Below are positions 19,774 to 28,743 of a DNA stretch of 64,000 nt, one piece after another (positions within the stretch are counted from its first letter, which is position 1; each line of letters begins with the position of its first letter). The DNA comes from an uncultured virus (IMG/VR IMGVR_UViG_3300017814_000173) (Duplodnaviria; Heunggongvirae; Uroviricota; Caudoviricetes), in the IMG/VR virus record IMGVR_UViG_3300017814_000173. One strand, given 5' to 3'. The translations under genes and the position numbers were made by a program. The notes under the pieces were generated by a model. It had not been told where the DNA came from, did no database searches, and saw only the letters and a list, made by a program, of their open reading frames with translations.

Positions 19774-22700
19774 TCACGCGAATTTCAATGAATTATTCTG
19801 GATATAGTTGTAAATCGCCTTAGTATTCTGGGCAGCGTTTTCCACCGCCTTGGCCGTGCGTTCAGCGGCGGAACCTTCCGAGCCGAGCGCCCCCGCCGAT
19901 GCCGCGTAGAACGAACCGGCCACCGGAGCGGACAATTGCCGGACGGTGTTCTGCGCCTCCAGCAGTTTGGCGGCATATTTGCTGACGGAATCCTCGGATT
20001 TCGTGTAATTTTCCTTGGCGTGGGAAATCCGATTCTTTTCGTCGTCGGTGATTTGGCCGTCGTTTTTGGCCACGGCAATTTCAAAATCGTATTTTTCCCT
20101 GGCCTTGGCGGCGGTCAGCCGCGCCTGATCCAGCAGGGCGGACAACATTTTCAACGCCGTTTGAGGATCGGCTTTCATCGTTTCCTGCAGCTGCGTATCC
20201 TGAGCCTGTTCCGCGCGTTGCCGGATATAGTTGTTTTCGGTCTGCGTCCGGTCGCGATCAATCTGGTCGGCTTCGGTCTGAAATTTTTGCCGGGCCTTGT
20301 TGTTGACGCCTTCGACCGCTTCCTCTTCGAGCAGATCGGCGTTCTTCATTTTCCAATTCAACTCGTAGATCAACGTAGCATTCTGATTGCCCCTGGCTTT
20401 GCCCAATTCATGGTCGAGTTGAATCTGCAAAACTTTTTTATATTCTTCGTAGAGTTTCCGGACTTCGACAATTTCGTTTTCCAGTTGCGTCTGCCGCCGC
20501 TGGGCGAATTGCGCTTCAATTTCATCCATGCGCTTGACGGCGTCTTCATTCTGTTTGGCCGACACCAAGCGAGCATTGTTTTCGGCTTCAATCCGTTTGC
20601 CCGTCGTATCGCCGGAAGCCGATGCGGGATCGGTCCCGGTGATGGCATTGTTGTCCAGGTGATCGAGCTGTTCCATCCGTCGCTTGGTTTCAAGCATCTT
20701 ATTGCGATATTCTTCCAGCTGTTGATTGGTTTTTTCCAAATCAGGGTTATAATATTCCGAGCCTAACCATTTGCTGGTAAACGCAGAACCCCATGATTGA
20801 TTTAACACCGCTCCCCATGGTTTTCCGGTATATGTCTTCCGCTGCCGCTGCAGTTCATCCATATTATTTCGAAATTCCAGATATTGTCGTTCCAGATCCT
20901 GTCGCGCTCCTTTGCGCATGGCGGCATTCAAACGGGATTGAACATCGGCAGCCAAGGTCAACGATTTATTATTCCGATCCAGAACAATGCCCAAATCGCC
21001 GTATTTTGCGGTCAGCGTTTCCGCCAATTTTTGAGCTTCCGCCATCTCCGTATTATTCAAATCGTTTTTTTCCGCCAGCTGTTGCAGTCGAACCATCATT
21101 TCCCGATCGCTTTTTCGAGCTTCGTCGTTGACGGTTACTCGTTTTTCCATCGTATCGGAAAGTTTGGCCACATAGGCAGAAGCAGAGCGCAATGCAAAAA
21201 TCACCGTTCCCAGCGCGGCTGCGATAGCCAGCAAAATCGCCGATGGAAGAACGGCTTTGAACGCTATCCAAGCGGCGGAAACGCCGCGCACGGAACCGCC
21301 CAGCGCAATATTGGCAATGGTGGTTGCCGTCACCGCCGCGATATGTTTCCAGAACGCCGCCGTACAGAGATTCAGCGCCACGCCGTAGAGCGCCTGGCTG
21401 ACGGCTAACACTTTTGCCTGAATCGCCTGCATTACGGCGGCGGCGGTCATTTTCAGCGAAGCGGCCGTGGACGCGTTGGTAACCGTAGTCCAAGCCGTTG
21501 TAATGGCGGTTAAAACAGCCTGTGCCGTGGCCAGCGTTTTGGTTTTGACGGCCGCCGCGACTTCAGCATTGGACATCAGCAAAATCTGCGCGGCGGCAAA
21601 TTCCGCTTTGGTTCCGGTCAGATTCAGCCCCAATACCATTTGACCGATCCCGACCAACGCCGGCATTTGCACATTGCGGTAAGACGAAAAAGACGCAGCC
21701 ACCAGTTTGATCGATTCCGCAACCGTTGATGCTTTTGCGCTCAACGCCGTCCACGTGGTGTTCAGCGCGGCAATTACGCCATGCGCCACCGCAATACCGG
21801 AAGCCGCCGCCTTGATCGTGCCGCCGAATGCAAACAACACGGAAGCCGCCACCGTCACCGCAGCGGCGGTCTGGGCCAGTACCGCCACCAATTCACGATG
21901 CCGGCCCACCCATTCCGTGACCACCGCCAGCGCGTTGCGTGCGTGCGTATACCAAGCTGCGGTAGCGCCGGACAGCGCCGAACCGGCGGTAGTTTTCAAC
22001 TCATTGAACTGTTCTTTCAACTTGCCGAGGGCCGCCGCCGGAGCTCCGGCCATCTTCCGCAATGCTTCCTGGGTCGCGCCGGCGGACTGCGCGCTACTCT
22101 GAATATTTTTCTGCAGATCGCCCAGGTGGGTCGATAACGCGACAATCGCCTTGGCGGTCGGTTCATCGGCGCCGACCGCCAGCAACGAAGTCAGCGATTT
22201 GCCTTGAAATTTGCCCAGCTGTCCCATCAGATCGTCGCCGAGATCCGGAATATGAGTGAACAGCGCGCCCAACTGGGTCATCATCTGTTTCATCGGCACG
22301 CCCTGATTGCGCATCGTCATCACAATACCCAGCAACTGATCCAGCGACACATGAGCGGCATGGGCCAGCGGCGCGATTTTACCGAGCTGGTCGGCCAGGT
22401 CTTGATAGGAGATTTTGCCGCGTTTGACGGCATTGAACATTTTGTCGGAAACGTCGTTGACCAGGCCGGCACGCAGACCATAAGCCCCCATGATGTTGGT
22501 CAGCGCATCGACCGATACGCCGACTTCGGTAAAGCCGGCCTTGGCGGCTCTGGCCCCGGCTTCCAGATAGGTCATGGCCTGATCGGGCGCGACCGACGCC
22601 TGCAGAATCTGATAAAGTCCGTTCGACAACGCCTGGGTATTTTGTCCGAACCGGACCGACATTTCCCGAATGCCGTCGGAATATTCCGCCAGATGTTTCT

Positions 22701-22950
22701 GCGGCTCGTCCAACACAGTGGAAATTTTGCGGATTTGCATATCCCAGTCGGCGAACGCTTTCGCGGCCAACGCGGCGGGCGCGGCGATCACCGCGCCGGC
22801 AATCTGCATTTTGCGACCGATATCGGTCACCGCTTCGCCAAAATTCTTCAGCTGTTTTTTGGCGTCGGCAAGCCCGGCCGCCAACTGGGTACCATCGGCA
22901 CTAAGTTCGTAATACGCTTTACCCGCGCGAATGGCATCGGCATCGGCCAT
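19774..22950 (-). CDS. Tail tape measure protein (TP901-type core)
   Basis: 1058 aa, Ala-rich helical; IRAGKAYYEL start; SDKMFNAVKRGK. Confidence 0.92.
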   Translation of the reverse strand: MADADAIRAGKAYYELSADGTQLAAGLADAKKQLKNFGEAVTDIGRKMQIAGAVIAAPAALAAKAFADWDMQIRKISTVLDEPQKHLAEYSDGIREMSVRFGQNTQALSNGLYQILQASVAPDQAMTYLEAGARAAKAGFTEVGVSVDALTNIMGAYGLRAGLVNDVSDKMFNAVKRGKISYQDLADQLGKIAPLAHAAHVSLDQLLGIVMTMRNQGVPMKQMMTQLGALFTHIPDLGDDLMGQLGKFQGKSLTSLLAVGADEPTAKAIVALSTHLGDLQKNIQSSAQSAGATQEALRKMAGAPAAALGKLKEQFNELKTTAGSALSGATAAWYTHARNALAVVTEWVGRHRELVAVLAQTAAAVTVAASVLFAFGGTIKAAASGIAVAHGVIAALNTTWTALSAKASTVAESIKLVAASFSSYRNVQMPALVGIGQMVLGLNLTGTKAEFAAAQILLMSNAEVAAAVKTKTLATAQAVLTAITTAWTTVTNASTAASLKMTAAAVMQAIQAKVLAVSQALYGVALNLCTAAFWKHIAAVTATTIANIALGGSVRGVSAAWIAFKAVLPSAILLAIAAALGTVIFALRSASAYVAKLSDTMEKRVTVNDEARKSDREMMVRLQQLAEKNDLNNTEMAEAQKLAETLTAKYGDLGIVLDRNNKSLTLAADVQSRLNAAMRKGARQDLERQYLEFRNNMDELQRQRKTYTGKPWGAVLNQSWGSAFTSKWLGSEYYNPDLEKTNQQLEEYRNKMLETKRRMEQLDHLDNNAITGTDPASASGDTTGKRIEAENNARLVSAKQNEDAVKRMDEIEAQFAQRRQTQLENEIVEVRKLYEEYKKVLQIQLDHELGKARGNQNATLIYELNWKMKNADLLEEEAVEGVNNKARQKFQTEADQIDRDRTQTENNYIRQRAEQAQDTQLQETMKADPQTALKMLSALLDQARLTAAKAREKYDFEIAVAKNDGQITDDEKNRISHAKENYTKSEDSVSKYAAKLLEAQNTVRQLSAPVAGSFYAASAGALGSEGSAAERTAKAVENAAQNTKAIYNYIQNNSLKFA

Positions 22951-22953
22951 CGT

Positions 22954-23385
22954 TTATTCTCTGCTCCTGCAAAAGATGTCTTTCAATATCCGCAATTCTT
23001 TCCCCTTGAGTTTTGGGATCGCTTTCGGCGCCGGATTCCGGTACGGATTCAATTGGTCGGGTCGAACGAACGAGCTTTTCTTCGGGTCCCGCGCCGCATT
23101 GACCGTCATTGCCAGCAGCGAGGAGGTGTGTTCCCACCATTCCGCGCGCCGGCTTTCCGCCATGATCGTCAATTCGGCGTAGGTGAACCGGTCGGGGTCA
23201 ACGCCGCAGACTCCGGCGCATTGGTAACAGCGCCGGACAATGTCGCCAGCCGGGTGTTCAAAGCGATCGTGAAGCCCGGGGCGTCGAGCATCTTTTCGAG
23301 CTTTTCGTCCGCCGTCCGCTGAATCGTCATCATCCCGTCCAGAATCAACCGGCCGATCCGCCGCCGGCCGGCATCGGGGAAAAAA
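22954..23385 (-). CDS. Tail assembly chaperone T portion (G-T fusion through -1 frameshift)
   Basis: The -1 frame is open from the slippery site to GVDPDRFTYAELTIMAESRRAEWW...NPY. Confidence 0.7.
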   Translation of the reverse strand, partial: FFPRCRPAADRPVDSGRDDDDSADGGRKARKDARRPGLHDRFEHPAGDIVRRCYQCAGVCGVDPDRFTYAELTIMAESRRAEWWEHTSSLLAMTVNAARDPKKSSFVRPDQLNPYRNPAPKAIPKLKGKELRILKDIFCRSRE

Positions 23386-23696
23386 TCGACGATCTCGTCG
23401 AGCAGCGCCTTGGTCGCATCGGCGATGGCCTGCCCGGCCAGACTTTCGCCGAACTGAACGTCGGAAACGTTCAGCCGGTCGGCCTGTTCGCGGCAGATCA
23501 CGTAGAGCACGTCGACCAGCAAAATCGGATCGTCGGCCAGCCGGTCGATCAACGACGCGTTCAGATCTTTTGCCGTATCGCCGATTTGAATGGCCTGCGT
23601 CAAATCGACGTCCAGCGCGGCGCGCACGGCCTTGACCGTATGCACGTTGACGCAGACTTCCCATGTCCGCCCGGTGTTGTCGGCAAAGGTTTTCAT
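23169..23696 (-). CDS. Tail assembly chaperone G
   Basis: Between tail tube and tape measure; contains T TTT TTC (DFFP) at 23379-23385. Confidence 0.8.
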   Translation of the reverse strand: MKTFADNTGRTWEVCVNVHTVKAVRAALDVDLTQAIQIGDTAKDLNASLIDRLADDPILLVDVLYVICREQADRLNVSDVQFGESLAGQAIADATKALLDEIVDFFPDAGRRRIGRLILDGMMTIQRTADEKLEKMLDAPGFTIALNTRLATLSGAVTNAPESAALTPTGSPTPN

Positions 23697-24343
23697 TTGC
23701 CGGCGCTCCCGTTATGGGCGGCCGCCGGTTCCGCTTTGACCAAAGCTTTTGCTTCCGGTTCCGGCTTGACGATCACCACCGGAGACGACCAGGTCTTGCC
23801 GTCCGAAGAAATCCGCACGTAGACGTCATTCGCCGCCATTTCCGCGTGCCATTCCTTGCAGTCGGTCGAATACTGCAATTCAACGCCGAGCCGAGCGCCC
23901 TTGACCGCGCCGGTGGTCCCGCCGGCGGTTTTCCAGGCCGGAGCGCGGGTCAGATAGGTCGGCTTCGCGGTCACCTTGTAGGTAATGGCTTCTTCGAGCT
24001 GTTCGTCGCGGTCGAACTTGGTAATCACGAAGTCGGCGTCAAGCCCCTCTCCGGTGCCGTCGTCGGCGAACAGCGCGAGGGCGGTGCCGGCCAACCAGGC
24101 GGCGCGCACGGCGGCGATATCGGCATCGCCGGAGATATCCACCATGTCCCATTCCAGCGAACCGTCTTTCAGCGTGGCGGCATAGGCTTTCCAGCCGTCG
24201 GTGGCGCGGGTGGTGATGTCCGCCGAGCCGGTTTCGACGCTGAGCGTCAGATTTTTAACGTTTTTTACTTCGGTGGCGCCGGTGGTTCCGGCGGTCCCGC
24301 GATAGAGCACGGCATCCAATCCCAGCTGAACTTTACTCATCAT
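23693..24343 (-). CDS. Major tail (tube) protein with C-terminal extra domain
   Basis: NVKNLTLSVETGSADITTRATDGWKAYAATLKDGSLEWDM...FDRDEQLEEAITYKVTAKP. Confidence 0.85.
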   Translation of the reverse strand: MMSKVQLGLDAVLYRGTAGTTGATEVKNVKNLTLSVETGSADITTRATDGWKAYAATLKDGSLEWDMVDISGDADIAAVRAAWLAGTALALFADDGTGEGLDADFVITKFDRDEQLEEAITYKVTAKPTYLTRAPAWKTAGGTTGAVKGARLGVELQYSTDCKEWHAEMAANDVYVRISSDGKTWSSPVVIVKPEPEAKALVKAEPAAAHNGSAGK

Positions 24344-24369
24344 CAAATCTCCTTTGAGTTTGGTATCTC

Positions 24370-25119
24370 TTATGCCGCCGCATCGCGCCAGAAGGCGGCG
24401 ATTTCGGCGCGGCCGGCAGCAGCCGCCGGTCCCATCAACGGCCGCGCCGCCACGTTCCCTTTCTCGAGGTGCGGCGGACCGAACAATTCCAGAATGATTT
24501 TAGCCGCGCGTTCCGCCTGAACGCGGGAATACATTTTCGCGTTCTGCAGATAGACGGTGCGGCCTTTGAGCGGCGCGTACCGGCTCCAGGTCTTGTACCC
24601 GCCGCGCGCCCGGCGCAACTGTTCGTAACTTCCCCGGCCCGTGCTCCGTTTGGCCTTGCCGATCAGCGACGCGACCGAGGTGCCCCAGCGGATCGGACCG
24701 TAGCCCTGTTTCTGCACGAAATCGGCAATCGCGCCGGCCGAATTGCCGGCCGGCTGGCCGTGGCGGCCGTAGGGCCAGTGAACGTTGGCGCCGGAAGCCA
24801 CCGGGCCGCCCTGTTCCAGAATCTGCGGTACCGGCATGCCAAGGCGGTTGGTGCGGCCGGTCAGCAGTTTGGCCGGGCCGATCACCACCGACTGCCGAAC
24901 GCGATCGAGCCCGAACAGAATCGAGGCTTTGTAAACCCGGACATGGTCGCGCGGCGGTTCGCCCGGGGCGGACTTGACTTTTTTGCTGTGCTTGACCATC
25001 CGCCGGGCAATACCGCGCAGGTAAGCGCCGGACCGCGACAGCGCCTTGCGCGTTCCCGCGTCCATCCGCCGTTTGATTTCGGCGTCGTTAAAAAAAGTCC
25101 AGCCTTTCAGGTCAAACAT
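24370..25119 (-). CDS. Neck/tail-completion protein (HK97 gp10-like)
   Basis: Basic; SAPGEPP, LEQGG, ARPLMGPA. Confidence 0.65.
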   Translation of the reverse strand: MFDLKGWTFFNDAEIKRRMDAGTRKALSRSGAYLRGIARRMVKHSKKVKSAPGEPPRDHVRVYKASILFGLDRVRQSVVIGPAKLLTGRTNRLGMPVPQILEQGGPVASGANVHWPYGRHGQPAGNSAGAIADFVQKQGYGPIRWGTSVASLIGKAKRSTGRGSYEQLRRARGGYKTWSRYAPLKGRTVYLQNAKMYSRVQAERAAKIILELFGPPHLEKGNVAARPLMGPAAAAGRAEIAAFWRDAAA

Positions 25120-25120
25120 G

Positions 25121-25546
25121 TCAACTGCCCTTGCAGGTTAAGGTTAAAATCGAGGTGAATTGCTGGCGCATCCGGAGATGTTCCGGCGCGTAGACCGGTT
25201 CGTTGGCCACGTCGACACAGCGGACCGACGGCAGCGCGGTCAGCGTTTTGCCTTCCACGCCGGCTTCGATCGCTTCCACCAGCTGCAGCATGGAATCGAG
25301 GTCGTCCATGGCGATCTTTTTCACGATCGCCACATCGATTTCATAGACTTTGTCGCTGAGGTTGCGGGCAATCAGCGTCGACTTTCTCGACCGCGGGCAG
25401 ACCAGCACTTTCAGCGATTTCAGTTCCTTGAATTCGAGGCTCGGCACCGGGGTCAGTTCCGGCGTCACCGTCTGCGGCAACGTCAGCGCGGCAATCTGGT
25501 CGGCCACCGCCGCCGCCACCTGCATCACCATGCTGCCATTGCTCAT
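25121..25546 (-). CDS. Putative tail terminator protein
   Basis: Size and position in the head-tail block. Confidence 0.55.
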   Translation of the reverse strand: MSNGSMVMQVAAAVADQIAALTLPQTVTPELTPVPSLEFKELKSLKVLVCPRSRKSTLIARNLSDKVYEIDVAIVKKIAMDDLDSMLQLVEAIEAGVEGKTLTALPSVRCVDVANEPVYAPEHLRMRQQFTSILTLTCKGS

Positions 25547-25941
25547 GTGTTAGCCTCCGTATCGCCGGTCAATCCGCTGTATCGGGCGTGTACGCGCATC
25601 ATCCGGTGATGCAAGCGATCGGACCAGCGCCAGACATCTTCGTTGTTCGGGGCGCCGACGACATAGTCGTGACCGTCGAATTCGAACACATCGCCCGCCG
25701 CCGGTTCGACGGCGACCCCGTCGATCACCAGATCGGCCCGGCGGACGATAAAATCGCGCAACTCGGTGCGGATGGTGACCGCGTACTCATTTTCCGCCCG
25801 AAACAATGTTTTCGCGATCTTGGCGGACAAGGAGGCCACGCCGCCGGACGACGTGCTGTCCCGGCGAAAACGGACCGGGACCGCCTGGACGGCAAACAGG
25901 CGATATTGCAGGTCTTCGGCAGATTCCAGCGGCGTGGCCAT
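25543..25941 (-). CDS. Head-closure / head-tail joining protein
   Basis: RDFIVRRADL....EPAAGD; WRWSD...RVH. Confidence 0.65.
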   Translation of the reverse strand: MATPLESAEDLQYRLFAVQAVPVRFRRDSTSSGGVASLSAKIAKTLFRAENEYAVTIRTELRDFIVRRADLVIDGVAVEPAAGDVFEFDGHDYVVGAPNNEDVWRWSDRLHHRMMRVHARYSGLTGDTEANT

Positions 25942-25953
25942 GATCATTCTCCG

Positions 25954-26430
25954 TTACGCGGAAATTGCGATCACGCCGGCGGCGCGCAAGGCCGCCAGCA
26001 GTTCATTGACCTTGGTCACCGACACGGCCAGCGTGGCGTCGGAAGCCAGATCGGCCACCGCCGCCGCGACCGGCCCCTGGTCTTCCAGCAACACGCGCAC
26101 GACCGTATCGCCATCTCCGGCGTCGGTTTTCGTATCTCCGGCGGCGGCGGCAATCGCCGGACCGAGATAGACGGTATTGGCGGTCGGAGCCGTCAACGCG
26201 GTCAGATTGGTCTTATCCCACCAGACTTTCGCGCCGAGCGCAAAGACCACGGCGGGCGCCTTGACCACGTCAAAGACGCCGGTCAGCGCCAGTTGTCCGA
26301 GGTCTCCGGACGCAATGTCGAGTTTGGCGATGGCGGCCCGGCTGCCGACGACCACAATGTCGCCGGCATCGACGTCGGCGGACGGCGTATAGTCGATCGA
26401 CCGTCCTTCCTGTACGAACACAGCATTCAT
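25954..26430 (-). CDS. DUF2190-family capsid cement protein with head-fibre-like C-terminus
   Basis: FVQEGRSIDYTP..DVDAGDIVVVG...GVFDV; KVNELLAALRAAGVI. Confidence 0.8.
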   Translation of the reverse strand: MNAVFVQEGRSIDYTPSADVDAGDIVVVGSRAAIAKLDIASGDLGQLALTGVFDVVKAPAVVFALGAKVWWDKTNLTALTAPTANTVYLGPAIAAAAGDTKTDAGDGDTVVRVLLEDQGPVAAAVADLASDATLAVSVTKVNELLAALRAAGVIAISA

Positions 26431-26505
26431 AATCGATCTCCCGATTAATTTTTGAAACTTGATTCCGATTGCTTTTCACGCGGCGGCCGCCGGCTCGAAC
26501 CGAAC

Positions 26506-28743
26506 CTATTTTCCGGCGGACTTGACCATGCCGCGGAAATCCTGTTCCCGGATGCCGATATCGTAGTAGATCCGGAAACTGATGCCGAGGTGGTTGAAGT
26601 CCACTTCGCCGGATTCGACGGTCGGCTGGCGGCGGCCTTTCAGGTAGCCGATTTCGAACGTGTCCACCTGGGCCGGGTCGCCGAACAGGTACCATTCGAC
26701 CGAACTGTCGAGGTACGGGCTGGCGATCGGTTCGAGGTTGTACGTGGACACCACGTTCAGCGTGCTGAGCTTCTGCGCCTGGGCACCGGTGGTGGCGTCG
26801 CCGCCGGTGAACCCGAGCACCACGCCCTTGACCAGCTCGATGGCCGTGCCTTCGAGGTCCGGATGGACCAGCAGGAAGCGCGGCAGAACGTTGATCGGTT
26901 CTTTGTCGGCATCGACCTGCTTCAGGAACAGCGCGCGACCGGCTTTCAGCGCATCGAGCGACAGGGCGCTGGTCGTGCCGGAGAGGTAGTTCTTATGAGT
27001 CGTGCTGAACAGATTGTTCGGATTGGCGATCAGCCGGGCGAAGAACAGCCGGTCGATCAGCCGGGCGGCCTTGTTGCCCATTCCCTGCGGGACGCGCATG
27101 AACGCGCCGAGATCGTCGTTGATAATCATCTTGCGGGTCAAGGTGAGAATTTTCCCGTAAGTATCGAGCTGGTTGGTCGCCAGTTCTTCCTTCAACCCGC
27201 CGTGTTTGAATTCGCCGTCCTGCGCCAGCGGCTGGAGTTCGCCAACATCGGTCATCCGATAGCGTTCGGACACCTTGAAGTCATTAAGGTCGCCTTCGGA
27301 ACAGAGTCGGGTGGCGATCACCGGCTGCTGGCCGTAGGCCTGACGCAACACTTTGTTGGCGACGTTCGAAAGAATACCCGGCAGGCTGACCGTTGAAAAA
27401 GCGGCTTTGATGGTGTCGTTGTCGAACGACGCCGAGACGGGCTTGTGTTCCATCTGGGCGCAGTAGGTCACTAGTTCCCGGAGCGACAGATCGCGCATTT
27501 TTTCGGCGGCGGTCATGGTCTGCTCGTTGAACTGCGCCTTGATCGACGTCTCGGCAATACCTTCGCGGAAGCAGAGGGCGCATTCGAGCAGATTGCGGTT
27601 GATTTCCGCCCCGGCGTGAACGATGATATTACCCTGAAATTCCGGACGTTTGGCCCGAACTTCCTTGACTGCGGCGATCGCCTGATTCGTGGCTTCGACG
27701 GTCCAGCCGCCGTTGACGGCCAGCGCGCGAATTTCGGCATAGTCGTCGCCGCAGGCGGCTTCGATGGCCTTGATCCGCTTGTTTTCCATTTCGGCGGCCT
27801 TGAGCGCTTCGGCGCGAACGGCGTCATGAATGGCCGACTGGAACTGCGGATCCTGCGGATTGAACGCGGCCTGCACCGTCTGCGCAATCGGCGATACCGG
27901 AACCGGAGTCATGACCGGGGCAGCGGCCTGTACCGGGGCGACCGGAGTCGCGGCCGGCGTGCCGGAAGCGGCGCTTCCCGCGGACTCCTGCACGCCGGGG
28001 AAATAACCGGCGGCGAACGCGAAATCCGCCTGAACGGCTTCCAGCGTCAGGTTCAAGGTTTTGAGGTGTGCCAGAATGGCTTCCTCGGTGGAATCGGCCC
28101 CCAGTTTGAACCGGGCGATCAGATAGGCTTTGAGCTTTTTGTCCATAATCGTTCCTTCAGGTTGATGGTTGGACGGATTGGGAGGCAAATGCATGGTGAG
28201 CGAGGCGGCGATTTTGAGGGTAGTATCGGCATCCGCCCCCACCGCGACGACGGAAATTTCCCGCAACGTGCTGCGGGTCACAAGCAGAAACGGGCCGTCC
28301 TGCCGACGGCCGTTGACGAATTCGGATTGACCGGACTCTACTTCCCGGGTGGCGATGGTGCTGCCGCCGATCGACAGTTGCCACGGAATGGTCTTGCCCT
28401 GGGCGACAATTTCCCGCGACAGATCGGTTTCCTGATGAATGGCGCCGCCGGTCACGGTCAGCTGATTGCCCTTGGCAACCTGCAGTGCGCCCAGCCGGTA
28501 GTGCGGATCGTTGATGTGGCTGTAGAGCAGCGGCACCTGCGGCGAAACTTCCATGCCGGAAATATCCAGCACCAACGGAATTTCGCTCCACGGCTGCCGG
28601 ATCTTACCGCCGGCATAGGCGACGCCGCCGGTGATGTTTTTCAGATTGACCGGAGCGGCGGCGGCTTCGATGATCTGAAATTCATTGGCGGAGCCGGACG
28701 GTTCCGCCAGCGCAAAATTAAAATCAGGCAGCGTCTTTTTCAT
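26506..28743 (-). CDS. Prohead protease-scaffold-major capsid fusion
   Basis: Protease-like N-terminus (AYAGG, LLYSH, WQLSIG, LREISVVAVGAD), Pro/Ala linker, capsid region (DFK, TYGKILTLTRKMIINDDLGAF, DFRG). Confidence 0.9.
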   Translation of the reverse strand: MKKTLPDFNFALAEPSGSANEFQIIEAAAAPVNLKNITGGVAYAGGKIRQPWSEIPLVLDISGMEVSPQVPLLYSHINDPHYRLGALQVAKGNQLTVTGGAIHQETDLSREIVAQGKTIPWQLSIGGSTIATREVESGQSEFVNGRRQDGPFLLVTRSTLREISVVAVGADADTTLKIAASLTMHLPPNPSNHQPEGTIMDKKLKAYLIARFKLGADSTEEAILAHLKTLNLTLEAVQADFAFAAGYFPGVQESAGSAASGTPAATPVAPVQAAAPVMTPVPVSPIAQTVQAAFNPQDPQFQSAIHDAVRAEALKAAEMENKRIKAIEAACGDDYAEIRALAVNGGWTVEATNQAIAAVKEVRAKRPEFQGNIIVHAGAEINRNLLECALCFREGIAETSIKAQFNEQTMTAAEKMRDLSLRELVTYCAQMEHKPVSASFDNDTIKAAFSTVSLPGILSNVANKVLRQAYGQQPVIATRLCSEGDLNDFKVSERYRMTDVGELQPLAQDGEFKHGGLKEELATNQLDTYGKILTLTRKMIINDDLGAFMRVPQGMGNKAARLIDRLFFARLIANPNNLFSTTHKNYLSGTTSALSLDALKAGRALFLKQVDADKEPINVLPRFLLVHPDLEGTAIELVKGVVLGFTGGDATTGAQAQKLSTLNVVSTYNLEPIASPYLDSSVEWYLFGDPAQVDTFEIGYLKGRRQPTVESGEVDFNHLGISFRIYYDIGIREQDFRGMVKSAGK

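Noticed and set aside
19774..26430. Contractile tail, tailocin or gene transfer agent
   Set aside because: No sheath or baseplate wedge genes are recognisable, and full replication and packaging modules are present.
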